From Macrostomum lignano (Eukaryota): 64,000 nt of DNA. Made by a program: the position numbers and the translations under genes. The notes beneath the pieces are model-generated. The model did no database searches, was not told where the DNA came from, and saw only the letters and a program-made list of their open reading frames with translations. The DNA lies in assembly GCA_002269645.1 (NCBI GenBank), contig NIVC01002933.1, positions 1 through 64,000 on the forward strand, read 5' to 3'. Below, piece by piece: positions 37,995 to 49,600 of the stretch (positions are counted from its first letter, which is position 1; every line of letters starts with the position of its first letter).

Positions 37995-38952
37995 TCTCAG
38001 TGGGAGCTGACACAGGTGCTCTGTACCTGGGGTAGCTGATATCACAGGAGCTGGCACAGGTGCTCTGTACCTGGGGTAGCTGATATCACAGGAGCTGACA
38101 CAGGTGCTCTGTACCTGGGGTAGCTGATATCACAGGAGCTGGCACAGGTGCTCTGTACCTGGGGTAGCTGATATCACAGGAGCTGACACAGGTGCTCTGT
38201 ACCTGGGGTAGCTGATATCACAGGAGCTGACACAGGTGCTCTGTACCTGGGGTAGCTGATATCACAGGAGCTGACACAGGTGCTCTGTACCTGGGGTAGC
38301 TGATATCACAGGAGCTGGCACAGGTGCTCTGTACCTGGGGTAGCTGATATCACAGGAGCTGGCACAGGTGCTCTGTACCTGGGGTAGCTGATATCACAGG
38401 GAGCTGGCACAGGTGCTCTGTACCTGGGGTAGCTGATATCACAGGAGCTGACACAGGTGCTCTGTACCTGGGGTAGCTGATATCACAGGGAGCTGGCACA
38501 GGTGCTCTGTACCTGGGGTAGCTGATATCACAGGAGCTGGCACAGGTGCTCTGTACCTGGGGTAGCTGATATCACAGGAGCTGGCACAGGTGCTCTGTAC
38601 CTGGGGTAGCTGATATCACAGGAGCTGGCACAGGTGCTCTGTACCTGGGGTAGCTGATATCACAGGAGCTGGCACAGGAGCTCTGTACCTGGGGTAGCTG
38701 ATATCACAGGGAGCTGGCACAGGTGCTCTGTACCTGGGGTAGGTGATATCACAGGAGCTGACACAGGTGCTCTGTACCTGGGGTAGCTGATATCACAGGG
38801 AGCTGGCACAGGTGCTCTGTACCTGGGGTAGCTGATATCACAGGAGCTGGCACAGGTGCTCTGTACCTGGGGTAGCTGATATCACAGGAGCTGGCACAGG
38901 TGCTCTGTACCTGGGGTAGCTGATATCACAGGAGCTGGCACAGGTTCTCTGT
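37995..38952. repeat. 44-bp tandem repeat, ~21 copies
   Basis: Unit CACAGGTGCTCTGTACCTGGGGTAGCTGATATCACAGGAGCTG(A/G). Confidence 0.97.
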
Positions 38953-38957
38953 ACCCA

Positions 38958-39268
38958 TTGGGGTCACTCCCGGCTCACTCACATGCACACACACTGGGAT
39001 CACTCCCGGCTCACTCACATGCACACACACTGGAGTCACTCCCGGCTCACTCACATGCACACACATTGGGGTCACTCCCGGCTCACTCACATGCACACAC
39101 ACTGGAGTCACTCCCGGCTCACTCACATGCACACACATTGGGGTCACTCCCGGCTCACTCACATGCACACACTGTGGTCACTCCCGGCTCACTCACATGC
39201 ACACACTGTGGTCACTCCCGGCTCACTCACATGCACACACATTGGGGTCACTCCCGGCTCACATGCAC
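38958..39268. repeat. 36-bp tandem repeat, ~8.5 copies
   Basis: The unit CACTCCCGGCTCACTCACATGCACACAC... occurs at 38965, 39001, 39037, etc. Confidence 0.95.
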
Positions 39269-39342
39269 AGCTCGGGATCTGCAGCGGTGACTTTTTGAAC
39301 TCCGGGCAGGTGGCCCAGAGGCCGACTCGTCAGGATCCTGAC

Positions 39343-39379
39343 CTGGGGAGCGGATGAAACCCCAGAGTGCTTGCTCGGC

Positions 39380-39413
<34 letters not shown>

Positions 39414-39510
39414 TCCCCTGCTGATGGCAGGTGTGCACCAGGGCTGAGGGCCACAGGCAGTCCAGGTCGACGGCGCGGCAGGTGGCGGCGGAGCGAAACC
39501 GCTGCTGCTG
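39343..39510 (-). CDS. Probable coding exon with poly-Gln (QQQRFRSAATCRAVDLDCLWPSALVHTC...Q10)
   Basis: Only this frame shows strong GC3 bias. The (CAG)n tract lies at ~39375-39410. The exon end is uncertain (GTCAGG at 39342, or GTGAGC near 39262). Confidence 0.4.
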
Positions 39511-39654
39511 CTGTGAGGTCCCCACTTTAGCCAGCATTGGAGGATCTCAACTTGAGATGCAGCTGGGGACAAGAGGAGAATGCAACAAGAGGGTCTTGTT
39601 GGATAGCCAGGGATGAGACTCGATGAGCTCGCTGCTGACTGAACACCTGGCATG

Positions 39655-40010
39655 ATCCGCTGACTCATTCTATGACCACATGACCTGGATCTACTGACTC
39701 ATTCTATGACCACATGACCTGGACCCATTGACTCATTCTATGACCACATGACCTGGATCTACTGACTCATTCTATGACCACATGACCTGGACCCATTGAC
39801 TCATTCTATGAGCACATGACCTGGATCTACTGACTCATTCTATGACTACATGACCCGGATCCTCTAATTCATTGTATGACCACATGACCCAGATTCTATA
39901 ACTTTCTATGACTCAGATTATATGACCACATGACTTATTCTATGACTTCAAGACCTAGATCTACTGACTCATTCTATGACATGACCTGGTTTGACAGACT
40001 CATTCTATAT
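39655..40010. repeat. ~34-bp degenerate tandem repeat (TGACTCATTCTATGACCACATGACCTGGATCTAC)
   Basis: Read directly from the sequence. Confidence 0.9.
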
Positions 40011-40777
40011 TTCCCCAGCTAAGTCAGAACAATGGTGAAGTGAGCACACAGTTGAGATGCGCACAAACAATGACAGGCAGCTGCAAAGAAGCTCCCGCAC
40101 TCACCAGCCGGTTGCAAATCAGTCAAGAATGGGACAGACGGCCGGGCAGTCAGGGAGTTACAAATTCAATCGGAGAAGTAGGAGAGAGTTGCCAAGCTGG
40201 TCCTCCAGAGCCGCGCGCAAAATTCTTCCACACAATGTCTTGACTCGCTCTTCTGAATAAAAAGTTTTCTGCGCTTAAAACCTGAGTCGGAGGAAGGGCC
40301 GGACAAGCCCCCCGCCCTCCGTCTGGCAAAAATATTAGGGGATGTGGGAGGCGGGAGAGGCCTTCAGTTCAGGCAGAAGAGAGAGGAGAAATTGCTTCAT
40401 GAAATCGTGTTCAACTCAGATGAGGAAGTTAATCCCAGAGAGCTCAGCTGAGCTCCCAACTGCCTCTCCCTTCGAATCCAGCTGACTGCGGAAAGCTTCA
40501 CGCAGCGGGGAGGCAGCCGCCGGAGCAATGGGGCAACAATGAGCAGTGCTCAACTCAGGATGAAGTTCTTTCTCATTGATTGGGCTCTCAGATCCGCATC
40601 TCTTGCCCCAGACTCTCTACGTGTAGCTGCCAGCCTGCCTTGCCACTCTGCCGGCTAATAACAGTATTTTCAATGAGCACTGCAGCCATGGGTGTTGTAC
40701 GGGATATTTCAATAGAAGTTTGTATCAGTTTGTCTGGGTCTTGGTATGTTGATAACATATATATACATGTACTGGTG

Positions 40778-41130
40778 TCTAGGTATCTAGGTGTCTGTGT
40801 GCCTAGGTATCTAGGTGTCTGTGTGCCTAGGTATCTAGGTGTCTGTGTGCCTAGGTATCTAGGTGTCTGTGTGCCTAGGTATCTAGGTGTCTGTGTGCCT
40901 AGGTATCTAGGTGTCTGTGTGCCTAGGTATCTAGGTGTCTGTGTGCCTAGGTATCTAGGTGTCTGTGTGCCTAGGTATCTAGGTGTCTGTGTGCCTAGGT
41001 ATCTAGGTGTCTGTGTGCCTAGGTATCTAGGTGTCTGTGTGCCTAGGTATCTAGGTGTCTGTGTGCCTAGGTATCTAGGTGTCTGTGTGCCTAGGTATCT
41101 AGGTGTATGTGTGCCTAGGTATCTAGGTGT
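40778..41130. repeat. 24-bp tandem repeat (CTAGGTATCTAGGTGTCTGTGTGC), ~14 copies
   Basis: Read directly from the sequence. Confidence 0.97.
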
Positions 41131-41199
41131 CAGCATGTCTCATTCAAATCGGCACTTTTAATCTGTAGTTTATGGAAAAACTTACAGCGTTCACACTCT

Positions 41200-41290
41200 G
41201 GAGACGGAGAGGAGCGGAACAGGGCGGAGAGGGAGCGGAACAGGGCGGAGAGGGAGCGGAACAGGGCGGAGAGGGAGCGGAACAGGGCGG
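41200..41290. repeat. 21-bp tandem repeat (GAGGGAGCGGAACAGGGCGGA), ~4 copies
   Basis: Read directly from the sequence. Confidence 0.9.
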
Positions 41291-41902
41291 AGAGGGAGCG
41301 GAACAGGATGGAGAGGGACTGGAGCGGGTTGGCTTGTGAACGGACGCATTCGCATCATATTTCAAGTGCAGATGGTTCAGAAAATAACAAACAACTGGAC
41401 GGAGCGCAAGTCAAAGAACTCAGCTTAGAAATCGTTGCAAGGCTCAGCAAAATTCTCATATTTTTAGCAAATCAATCGTGATTGACTGAGAAGCGAGGCG
41501 AGCGAGCCATTTCACGTCGGAAGCTGGCTCAGAAAGTGGCTGAGATGATGGCGGTGCTGGGGCATCAGAGACACAGATTAGCAGGCAGAGAGCGTCAGAA
41601 CAAATTTCTGTTTCTGTGGCCGCCGAAGCAGCAAGCAAATTGGCTGGGGCGGGTTGGGGCAGATCAAGTGCTGGCTGGCATGTACAGTTAATCAATCCAA
41701 TCACTGATGGGCATTCTGCCGAGTGAGCAGGTTAAATAGCAAATCAGGCGATGACAAGGCAGCCAGGTTCGTTGGCGGGCGGTCTTTGCGTAAATAAACA
41801 GATTAAAGACATCGTAGTTTCATTTTAGACAAAATTTTCAGTATTTCACTGCAGAGTTCGGCTTAGAGATGAAGTTGAGATGCAGCTGGGGCGACCGAGG
41901 CC

Positions 41903-44349
41903 TCAGTCCTGCTTCCGGCAGTCCTCGCTTCTGGAAAATTTTGACAGCAGCTGCTGAGAAATCATGCGGATCAGGGAAAGATTACTGAAGCCTTGCTGAA
42001 GGCAATGCCTTCCCGGCGTTGGGAAGATGCATATCCATGTTCAAACCTATTCAAACATGTGCATATCCAAACCTGAAGACATTCGAGAGACATCCTGAAG
42101 ACATCCTAAATCAACCTGAAGATATTCTAAACATATCCTGAAGAAATCCCTGAAGACATCCTGAAGACATCATAAATGCATCCTAGGTATGCCTGACATC
42201 CTGACTACGTAGACATCCTGAAGACATCCTAAATGCACCCTGAAGACATCCTGAAGACATCATAAATGCATCCTAGGTATGCCTGACATCCTGACTACGT
42301 AGACATCCTGAAGACATCCTAAATGCATCCTGAAGACATCCTAAATGCATCCTAAAGACATCCTAAATGCATCCTGAAGACGTCTTAAATACATCCTGAA
42401 GACATCCCTGAAGACATCCTAAATGCATCCTGAAGACATCCTAAATGCATCCTGAAGACACCCTGAAGACACCCTGAAGACATCCTGTAGACTGAAGACA
42501 CCCTGAAGACATCCTGAAGACATCCCGAAGACATACTGAAGTCATCCTGAATACACCCTGAAAAGCCATCAGGCGCTCACCTCTGCTCCTTGCTCTCGAA
42601 GGCGGGCCTGGCGTTGGCGTCCATGTGCCGGTGGAAGTGCTCGATGAGGCTCTCAGCGTCCTCGCTGCGGTGGAACTCCACCTGGGCGGAGCGCTTGTCG
42701 GGGTCCACGCGAGCCCGCCTGATGGGGTCCCTGGCGCCGCAGCCGGGCAGAACGAAGGTGCGGATGTACTGGCACAGCGCGTCCTTGGCCAGCAGGAAGT
42801 ACGGCAGCGAGGTGATGTACACGTTGTGCTTTGAGTAGGTCTTCGGGTTGCACCAGCACGGAGCCAGGGCGCCAACCCGCTGTGCGCTGTCCAGGTACAG
42901 CTGGGCGTCGCTGCGGTCTCGGAAGTAGATGTGGATGAACTCTGAGGGGCGTGGTGTGAGGGGTGAGACTAGATGGACTCGGGATGAGACTAGATGGGCT
43001 CGAGATGAGACTAGATGGACTCGGGATGAGACTAGATGGACTCGGGATGAGACTAGATGGACTCGGGATGAGACTAGATGGGCTCGGGATGAGACTAGAT
43101 GGACTCGGGATGAGACTAGATGGACTCGGAATGAGACTAGATGGTCTCAGGGTGAGGGTTTGAAACGAGAGTACGCGTATATAAAGAAACTATGTCGACA
43201 GATCCCGCAGTCCCAGATCCCGCAGTCCCAGATCTCGCAGTCCCAGATCCCGCAGTCCCAAATCCCGCAGTCCCAGATCCCGCAGTCCCAGATCTCGCAG
43301 TCCCAGATCTCGCAGTCCCAGATCCCGCAGTCCCAGATCCCGCAGTCCCAGATCCCGCAGTCCCAGATCCCGCAGTCCCAGATCCCGCAGTCCCAGATCC
43401 CGCAGTCCCAGATCTCGCAGTCTCAGATCCCGCAGTCCCAGATCCCGCAGGCCCAGATCCCGCAGGCTGCTCACTGGCCAGCTCGCCCTCCTTGCTCCTG
43501 TTCAGCTTGATGAAGACATTCTCGTGCACCGGGTAGTCGGGGCCGAACACCTGCCTGAGCACCAAGTACTCCGCCAGGATGGTGTTGAACTCGGCATCGG
43601 CGGACAGCACCATGCTGTGCAGGCGGCGGTCGATCTCCCGCATCTTGTACAGGCAGGCCACCCGCCCGTCCAGCACGAAGGGCGGCTTCTCGCTGTACCA
43701 CTTCACCAGCTGCGGGGAGAGCGAGCAGGGCGGGGCCTTCCAGCTCAGCATCCATACTCTACCGATACTACTGCCGATTCCATAAGTAGTCTAAATGAAT
43801 TCAGTTAATTCCAGCGTCACTCACGTCGAAGCCGGGCATCAGGCAGAGCTGCTGGCACGATGCCGCCGCAGCCGCCGCCGCCGCCGCCGCCTGCTGCTCG
43901 CCGAGCACGTCGCCGAACAGGCCGGAGGCGGCGGCGGCTGCAGCGGCGGCCGCTCCGCCACCACCGGCGGCGCCCAGCGGCAGGTGCTGCCAGTGGGCGG
44001 CCACCGCCGCCTGCAGTTGCGCCTGCTGAGGCTGCAGGAGGTGCAGCGGGTAGGTCTGCGCCAGCAGCCCCGGCGCCATGGCCAGCGGCCCCGGGCCCAG
44101 CAGCGGCCCGCCCGGGTACAGGCAGTGCGCCGCGCCTCCACCGCTGCCGCCACCGCCGCTGCCGCCAGTCCCACCGGCTCCGGCCCCGGTGGCAGCCGAG
44201 ATGACCGGCGCTGGCAGCTGCGGCTCCCAGAGGCTGCTGGCCGCTGCCGCCGCCGCAGCCGCAGCCGCCGCCACGGCCGCCTCGGCGGAGGCCTCGTGAT
44301 GGCAGAGCGGCGACGCGGAGTGCTGAATGGCCGGATGGTGGCAGTTCAT
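41903..44349 (-). CDS. RRM-like putative RNA-binding protein with a poly-Ala/Gly/Gln N-terminus (~380 aa)
   Basis: Exons 44349-43825 (phase 0), 43709-43475 (phase 1) and 42941-42581 (phase 2) join in frame through GTGAG donors and pyrimidine-rich acceptors. HNVYITSLP resembles RNP2 and KRSAQVEFHRSEDAESLI resembles RNP1 plus helix; FIHIYFRDRSDAQLYL resembles the RNP1 of a preceding RRM. The candidate last exon 41930-41903 is tentative. Confidence 0.7.
42060..42560. repeat. 11/22-bp degenerate repeat (ATCCTGAAGAC / ATCCTAAATGC), intron of the RRM gene
   Basis: Read directly from the sequence. Confidence 0.9.
42960..43466. repeat. Two abutting arrays in RRM-gene intron 2: 21-bp GGGATGAGACTAGATGGACTC (~8.5x) and 15-bp GATCCCGCAGTCCCA (~18x)
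   Basis: Read directly from the sequence. Confidence 0.95.
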
Positions 44350-45496
44350 CGCTGGTGCTGCTGGCTGGTGCTGGTGAAGTCTGCGACAGGAGAGGATGGA
44401 GGGCCGGCTGCAGGTTCAGTTCTATTCAAGCTCGGCCGCCACCCCAGTCAGAGTGGAGATACAGCCAGGCTGGCGGGTCGGGGGGGGGGGAGACAGCAGT
44501 GGCGCGCTATTCGATATCAGTTCGAGCCGGGTTGGAGGGGTTAAAGGAGACAGTTGGAGCGCGAAAATATTATTATTGTTCAGTCGCGGGCTGCTACAGT
44601 GGCTGTGTGGGAACGGAGGCAGCCAGAGGACACCCCAGCATGCGGCAGATCTCGCTCACTGCGCACAGCTCCAGCCGAGTTCGAAAACTTCTCTTTTATT
44701 CGAAACTTCTTCTAACTGAGGCGCGGAATTGGAATAAAAATCAGGCAGAATTTGCGCGGCCCCGAGCTTACCGTGGCTGGCTTTGGTTTGCCCCGAAGTT
44801 TCCAACAGGATCGGCGCCGCCTTCGGTTGCGTGCGAATTCAGCTGGGAGAGCCGCAGAGTGGAGCAGCACGCAGAGAGAGAGAGAGAGAGAGAGATGACT
44901 TCCAGCGCATAAATCCGAGTATTCGCAACTGCGACTGTTTAGACAGGGGAGGGGGGTGGCGGGGCAGCGGCCCAGATGCAGCTCTCCGATAAGCAGCACC
45001 AAAGCAGCGGATGCGTCAGCCTGACAACCCCCCAGTTATTACTTCTAACAACCGGCAGCGCCAGTGCTGAGAGATTCCAAACGCCCTGGCGGTGGCTCCG
45101 GAAGGGCGGAGTCACAGAGCCGGTGCAGCCCCCGCCACCCCAGCCCAGATCGATGCAGGCCTGAGATAGCGGCGGCGCTGTGCTGACGGGCAGGGACAGC
45201 TGGGCACAGAGTGTTTATTATGTATTACAGGAAGTGGCCGAATGCAGTTCGCGTCAAATTCGAAATATTCGATTTTACGTGCCCTCTGGATCTGGGTTTT
45301 ACCGTCTAAATAAAAAACTGCCATCTGACATTGTGAGTGTAGAAAATTTGCCAGCCGTCAAGAACTCATGAGTCTGGATTTTTCATTGGGGTGCCAGGTA
45401 CAATAGTTGCTGGGGAACTGCTGAAATTGGGATCAGGGCGTCAAAACAGTTGGCAAAGGGGCCCCATCGGTTTTACAGCCGATTGGGGCGCCCCCA

Positions 45497-45866
45497 TGAC
45501 CACCCTGGTTTATGTCCCCCATGACTCCCTCTAACTACCCTCCCATGACCCCTCTGACTACGCCCCATGACCCCTTCTGGCTCGCCCCGCATGACCCCTT
45601 CTGGCTATGCCCTCATGACTTCCTCTGGCTCGCCTCCATGACCCCCTCTGACTAAGCCCCATGACCCCTTCTGGCTGCCCCCCATGACACCTGACTACGC
45701 CTCGATGACCTACCCTCTCTGGCTGCCTTCCATGACCCCCCTCTGGCTGCCTCCCATGACCCCCCTCTGGCTGCCTCCCATGACCCCCCTCTGGCTGCCT
45801 CCCATGACCCCCTCTGGCTGCCTCCCATGACCCCCTCTGGCTGCCTCCCATGACCCCCTCTGGCTA
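45497..45866. repeat. ~22-bp repeat (CCATGACCCCCTCTGGCTGCCTC), degenerate at the 5' side
   Basis: Read directly from the sequence. Confidence 0.9.
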
Positions 45867-46624
45867 CGAATGAATGCATCGATGTACTGCCAGGTCCTGG
45901 ACTCGAGCCGCAGCTTGTGTAACAAAATCAGGCTTTTACTGCCAGTCCAGATGTTGGATTCCGATGTCCATGGCCAGCCAAGCCTTATCACCAAACTTAA
46001 CTGTTCAGCCAGCTAACAGGCGAAAAGTTCTGCATCACGCTACCCCCCCCCCTCGAGCCAGCGAATTCAGTTCGCTCGCAGCATCATCAACACTAACCAG
46101 GCAAGTAGCAAAGCTGCTGAAGACGCTGAAAGCAGCAGACTTGTATCCGAAAGCGCTTCAACAGGAAAAAGTGAGAAATTTTATTACAATAAAATGTCAA
46201 GGATTAGCTTAGCTCTGAAGTGTCTCCTACATGGTGCATATATTTGATTATGAACTCCATCATTCACACCTGGCAAAGTGTTGGCCGATGAGCAGAAAAT
46301 ATCAGATAATAAAAGTTGAGCTGTCGGACTAAATACGGCACAGTGGCACAATGTCTCGAGATAGCAAACAAAAATGAAATAAAAACAAAAATAGCCCGAC
46401 TCAGTTCTGTGAATAGTTAATTAAAGAAAGCATACGGATCAATGAGGCCTGGGAGACTGAGCAGGTTTGCAACATATTTACGGAATGTAATGGAAATCTT
46501 CTCTATACTGGAATGGCAGAGGGTGTGGCTGAGCAGCTTGGAAACAAATAAACAGACACGCCAGCAAGCAGGGGGCGCTGCGGACTGGCGGACCAGAAAA
46601 TGAAAGCAAAGAGGAACCAGCAGG

Positions 46625-49600
46625 TCAGCCAGGCTGCTGTTTGGCCTGGCGAGCCTTCAGCTGAGGGTCCACGGTGGCAGTCCGCGGTGTCCGGGGCGTC
46701 GCCGAGGCTGGCCGGCGGGGGCTGGCGGAGCCGCCCTGGGCCCGCTTTGCGGCTGCGGCGGCTGGCGAGGAGGCGGCGGGGGCAGCGGCGGCGCCCAGAG
46801 CCCGGGTGACCGCAATGGGACGGACTCGCATCTTCACCTGACAGGGTTTGATTGGGTGGGCGTGAGTGAGTCAACAGTGAACTAGTGACTGTGAGGGAGT
46901 CGGAGTGAACTCCCTAATCTACAGAGTGAACTCCCCAATCCACAGAGTGAACTCCCCAATCTACAGAGTGAACTCCTCAATCTACAGAGTGAACTCCTCA
47001 ATCTACAGAGTGAACTCCTCAATCTACAGAGTGAACTCCCCAATCCACAGAGTGAACTCCCCAACCAACAGCTCACCTGGTGCACGTCCTGTCTCAGCCG
47101 GCCATTTCCCGGAAAGCCGTCCAGCCGCCGCAGGAAGTCGGTCCTGAGCTTGGCCGGCAGGGGGCAGCCGGTGTCCAGCAGCTGCTGCACAAAATAGTAC
47201 AGCACGGTGCCGCCGGCGCTGTGCGGCAGCCTGCGGGTGAGGCTGGCCACCACGATGCGCTGCAGGCGGTCGTTCCAGACGCGCACCAGCCAGTCCACCA
47301 CCTGGCGGCTGGCGGTCTCCAGATCGGCGTCAGGCGGCGGCGTCGGGCAGTCGACCAGGAGCGCCGGGCCGACCTGCTCCGTGGGCGACTCCGGACTGAC
47401 CAGCGCCTGCAGCTGCTTGTTGAAGCGGTCGGGCAGGCCGGACAGCCAGTCCAGCAGGTCCTGCGCGCTGGGCGCCGGCTGCGACTCCGAGCTGCCAGCC
47501 GCTGCTGCTGCTGCCGCACCGCGACCGGGGGAGGCTGGCGACAGCAGGGGGGGGGGGGCAGGAAGGGGGCTTTTTACTGTCTGGTGCTTGATTCCCCAGA
47601 TCAGCACGTGAAACCCTTTTACAGTAAGATCTGCCTCCCTTCTGCCCCCCTTTCACAGTATGGTCTGCCTCCCTTCTGTCCCACACCCTCTCCTGATCTC
47701 TGACCTCCCCACCATCCCCTCCCTGAACTCCTCACCTTCCCCTCTCTGACCTCCCCACCATCCCCTCCCTGAACTCCTCACCTTCCCCTCTCTGACCTCC
47801 TCACCTTTCCCTCCCTGACCTCCCCACCTTCCCCTCCCTGACCTCCCCACCTGTCCCTCCCTGACCTCCCCACCTTCCTCTCCCTGACCTCCCTAACTTT
47901 CTCTCCCTGACCTCCCCACCTTCCCCTCCCTGACCTCCCCACCTGTCCCTCCCTGACCTCCCTAACTTTCTCTCCCTGACCTCCCTAACTTTCTCTCCCT
48001 GACCTCCCCACCTGTCCCTCCCTGACCTTCCCACCTGTCCCTCTCTGACCTTCCCACCTGTCCCTCCCTGACCTTCCGACCTTCCCCTCCCTGACCTTCA
48101 CACCTTCCCCTCCCTGACCTCCCCACCTGTCCCTCCCTGACCTTCCCACCTGCCTATCCCTGATCTTCCCACCTTCCCCTCCCTGACCTCCCCACCTGTC
48201 CCTCCCTGACCTCCCCACCTGTCCCTCCCTGACCTCCCAACCTTCCCCTCCCTGACTTTCCCACCTGTCCCTCCCTGACCTTCCCACCTTCCCCTCCCTG
48301 ACCTTCCCACCTTCCCCTCCCTGACCTCCCCACCTGTCCCTCCCTGACCTTCCCACCTGTCTCTCCCTGATCTTCCCACCTTCCCCTCCCTGACCTCCTC
48401 ACCTTCCCCTCCCTGACCTCCTCACCTTCCCCTCCCTGACCTTCCCACCTGTCCCTCCCTGACCTCCCCACCTTCCCCTCCCTGACCTCCCCACCTGTCC
48501 CTCCCTGACCTTCCCACCTTCCCTTTCCTGACCTCCCCACCTTCCCCTTCCTGACCTCCCCACCTTCCTTTCCCTGACCTCCCCACCTGTCCCTCCCTGA
48601 CCTTCCCACCTGTCCCTCCCTGACCTCCCCACCTGTCCCTCCCTGACCTCCCCACCTGTCCCTCCCTGACCTCCCCACCTGTCCCTCCCTGACCTTCCCA
48701 CCTTCCCGTTCCTGACCTCCCCACCTTCCCCTTCCTGACCTCCCCACCTTCCTTTCCCTGACCTCCCCACCTGTCCCTCCCTGACCTCCCCACCTGGCCC
48801 TCCCTGACCTCCCCACCTGTCCCTCCCTGACCTCCCCACCTGTCCCTCCCTGACCTCCATAAAACTCACCCGAAGCCGCGCCCGCACCCCGAGCGCTTCG
48901 TTTTGCCGTTGCCGCAGCGCCATTTTTGCTGGCAGCGGAGGGCTTCTGTTCGCAGTTAGAAAGAGATCAAAGGTGAAAGGTGCAAGCGATTAAGCAGCAG
49001 AAATGCCCAGCTTCACTTACTCTCCGCTTTACTGCTAACATCTCACCTGCTGAGCCTTCTGAAGCTGCTGCTGCTGAGCCTTCTGAAGCTGCTGCTGCTG
49101 AGCCGGCGGTCCGCGGTTCGCCGGCCGAGCGGCGGCAGACGCCGGCGAGGAGCTCAAAGGCCGCCGGTCGATCCGCTTCGACCCCGCTGGCGCAGCCGCG
49201 GCTGAAGCCGAAGACCCAGTCCCAGCTGCTGCCGGCTCGGCAGCGGTTGAGGCGGACGGAGCTGCAGCGGCTGCCGGGGCAGCGGGCTCAGCAGCGGCGT
49301 CGTTGGCGGCCAGCAGCAGCTGCAGCCGCTTGACCTCCTGCGCGAGCCGCTCCGCGTTGCGCCGCTCCAAACGAAGGTTGGCGGCGCATTCCGCCGACTT
49401 GCAGTTGCCCGGCGTCTGCAGTGGGAACCAGTGCAAATCGACCCTAGCAACCAGTCCCATAGTAAAAAATATCTCCATAGCAACCAGTTTAATCCTAGCA
49501 ACCGTAGCAAGCCTTGGATATCCGTATCGACGTTGATCAACGAAATAAAAAATCGCCATAGCAACCATATGGTCTCCACAACAACTCTTTGATCTCCATA

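Noticed and set aside
43137-43474. Silk-like GSGTA repeat at the end of ORF 43137-43751
   Set aside because: It is read-through past the GTGAGC donor at 43474; the phase-1 junction to 42941 restores the RRM-like frame.
45458-45495. Small GC-rich hairpin (CCCCATCGG...CCGATTGGGG)
   Set aside because: A 9-bp stem is expected by chance in GC-rich DNA, and no element ends were identified.
47801-48923. Collagen- or RGG-like GGQGGTGGEVREG ORFs
   Set aside because: They are translations of a ~23-bp intronic array with frequent frame changes; the flanking exons phase without them.
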